DNA from: Thermoplasmata archaeon
GTDB taxonomy: Archaea > Thermoplasmatota > SW-10-69-26 > JACQPN01 > JAJPHT01
DNA length: 18,223 nucleotides
Direction: 5' to 3'
Assembly: GCA_034667685.1 (NCBI GenBank)
Contig: JAXDQU010000051.1
Location: 1 to 18,223 of the forward strand
Shown here: piece after piece, positions 16,877-18,223 of the stretch
How positions within the stretch are numbered: the first letter of the stretch is position 1
Layout: each line of letters starts with the position of its first letter
The notes under the pieces: generated by a model
What the model saw: only the letters and a program-made list of their open reading frames with translations
Told to the model about the DNA's origin: nothing
Databases searched by the model: none
Translations under genes and position numbers: made by a program

Positions 16877-17557
16877 CTACGCCGTGGCGAGGCGAGTCTG
16901 CCCGCGGGCGTTGACTCGGGCGCGCGTCACGCGCGAGGCGGGCACGAAGAGCTCGAAGGCCGAGGAATCCACCGAGTCGACGCCCGCGAGTTCGAACATC
17001 GTGAGAGCTTTCCTTCCCGAGACGCGGCCCACATGCACCTTCAGCCCGAGCTTGTGGGCGAGGCGCACGGCGGGGCCCACCACGCGCCGCTTGAAGCGCG
17101 CGTCCCCGCCCACGAAGAGGCCCCAGAAGGGCGTCGCCTCCTCCGCGGCCCAATCGAGCGCCTCCGCCACATCATGGATGGTGATGCCATTCTGGATGGC
17201 GAGATACCACGGCGTCTCGGCGGGCAGGCGCTCGATCCAGCGGAGGCTGTGCTCCAACGAATCCTCGCTGAGCGGCTTGTCAGGACAGACTCCGAAGTCA
17301 GGCCCGCGAATCGCCCACGCCTGATGGTACATGCGCGGCATCTCCAAGTCGTCGTCGTAGATTGCGTACTTGCAGAAGCGCTCCTCGTCCCACGGAATGC
17401 CCAGCTTCCAGGCGCGAAAGGCGCCGTTGTCGAAGCACCAAGGAATGTCCGCGAGTGGCTTCTTCCAGCTCCAAGGCGAGACGAGTCGGCCCAAGGCGTG
17501 CTGACGGATTTCACCCAGGGCGCGCTCGCCGCCCACGCTGCCCGCATACACCCTCAA
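16877..17557 (-). CDS. TGT/DpdA-like transglycosylase-fold protein (candidate DNA base-exchange enzyme)
   Basis: Motifs in TGT-barrel order: FDNGAF, VCPD, AIQNG, LFVGG, VHVGRV, GVDSVDSS. Start (TTG 17557 after GAGGT) is inferred. Confidence 0.7.
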   Translation of the reverse strand: MRVYAGSVGGERALGEIRQHALGRLVSPWSWKKPLADIPWCFDNGAFRAWKLGIPWDEERFCKYAIYDDDLEMPRMYHQAWAIRGPDFGVCPDKPLSEDSLEHSLRWIERLPAETPWYLAIQNGITIHDVAEALDWAAEEATPFWGLFVGGDARFKRRVVGPAVRLAHKLGLKVHVGRVSGRKALTMFELAGVDSVDSSAFELFVPASRVTRARVNARGQTRLATA

Positions 17558-17574
17558 GGGCAAACCTCGCGAGG

Positions 17575-18222
17575 TCAGGCCGTGGCGAAGGACTCCAAGC
17601 TGGGCCGCTGCAGGTCGTCGAGAATGCTCCGGATGAGCGCCCGACCCATGTTGACGGTCACGACGTTGCCGATCTGCTTGATCTGCTCCTGGCGCGACCC
17701 CTTGAGGACGTAACCACGCGGCAGGCCTTGGAGCGCAGCGAGCTCGTGAGGTTGGAGCATACGGAAGGGGAGCACAATGCGCGCGAAGCCGTCCCGAACA
17801 GGCATGACAAGGCCGAGCCGATCGCGGCACGTTACGGTGGACCCCGGCTCGTCCACGCTGCTCACGCCGCGGCCGTTCTTGTGGTACTTGACCAAGAAGG
17901 GCCGCACGAGACCGCCGGCTCCGTGGCCCGTCACAGCCGGCGCGGGCGCGTCGAGGCGATGCACACGGGGCCGTTGGCCGTGCGCCTCACCGAAGTTGGG
18001 CACGAGAAAGGGCGTCGCCAAGCCCACGCGGTCGCTCGCCAAGATCGTCGGCGCGGGCCGGTCGGCACCGCGCGGTCGGCTGCGGTTCGTGCCCGGCCGA
18101 TCCGTCGTGACAACGAAGGGCGTCACCACATGCCCGCCGCCGCGCATCGCGCGCACCGTGGGCGCGGGCAAGTCCACGCTGCGAGCTGCGTTCTGCCCCT
18201 CCTCGTGATACGGACCCGTGAG
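17575..18222 (-). CDS. DNA (cytosine-5) methyltransferase, C-terminal part; 5'-truncated by the window
   Basis: Motifs IX/X: RMLQPHELAALQGLPRGY.L.G.....KQIGNVV; preceded by repeated PAPT(V/I) units of the variable region. Confidence 0.88.
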   Translation of the reverse strand, partial: LTGPYHEEGQNAARSVDLPAPTVRAMRGGGHVVTPFVVTTDRPGTNRSRPRGADRPAPTILASDRVGLATPFLVPNFGEAHGQRPRVHRLDAPAPAVTGHGAGGLVRPFLVKYHKNGRGVSSVDEPGSTVTCRDRLGLVMPVRDGFARIVLPFRMLQPHELAALQGLPRGYVLKGSRQEQIKQIGNVVTVNMGRALIRSILDDLQRPSLESFATA

Positions 18223-18223
18223 G

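Larger units (their letters stand above)
7211..18223 (-). mobile_element. Integrated virus/plasmid-like element (replication, repair and DNA-modification region); other end lies outside the window
   Basis: About 18 co-oriented genes, many with ATGA/GTGA overlaps and GGAGG/GAGGT/GGTGA SD sites; more A/T-ending codons than host genes; Prim-Pol, ParB, MTases and small Zn-finger ORFs. No integrase or capsid gene seen. Confidence 0.8.

Noticed and set aside
16842-17153. Extended N-terminus of the ParB ORF from the ORF track
   Set aside because: Overlaps the DpdA-like gene; ATG 16841 has a good GGTGAT SD.
1-18223. CRISPR array, tRNA/rRNA, transposase, integrase or virion genes
   Set aside because: No spaced repeats, cloverleafs or matching protein motifs were recognised by eye.

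Overview
GC-rich window with two parts. (1) About 1-7210 looks like host chromosome, probably archaeal. This is inferred from degenerate TATA-like boxes ~25-30 nt before apparently leaderless starts, and lipobox proteins. It holds a TrkA-C domain tail, two acyl-CoA dehydrogenases, lipoproteins and secreted proteins, a degenerate NUDIX protein and a hairpin-rich intergenic region. (2) About 7210-18223 is a block of tightly coupled minus-strand genes resembling an integrated virus or plasmid, which appears to have truncated a host Asp-box lipoprotein gene. In transcription order it encodes a C5 cytosine methyltransferase (partial), a TGT/DpdA-like protein, a ParB-family protein, a divergent Ku, a WGR-fused ATP-dependent DNA ligase, a DUF433-HTH protein, several Zn-finger proteins, a DPPY methyltransferase, a conserved hypothetical protein and a Prim-Pol. 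The best candidate novel system is an element-encoded end-joining kit (Ku + WGR-ligase, possibly + Prim-Pol), co-oriented with three DNA-modification enzymes. Several of these proteins end in clamp-binding-like tails. All family calls are by-eye motif recognition; no database searches were run.
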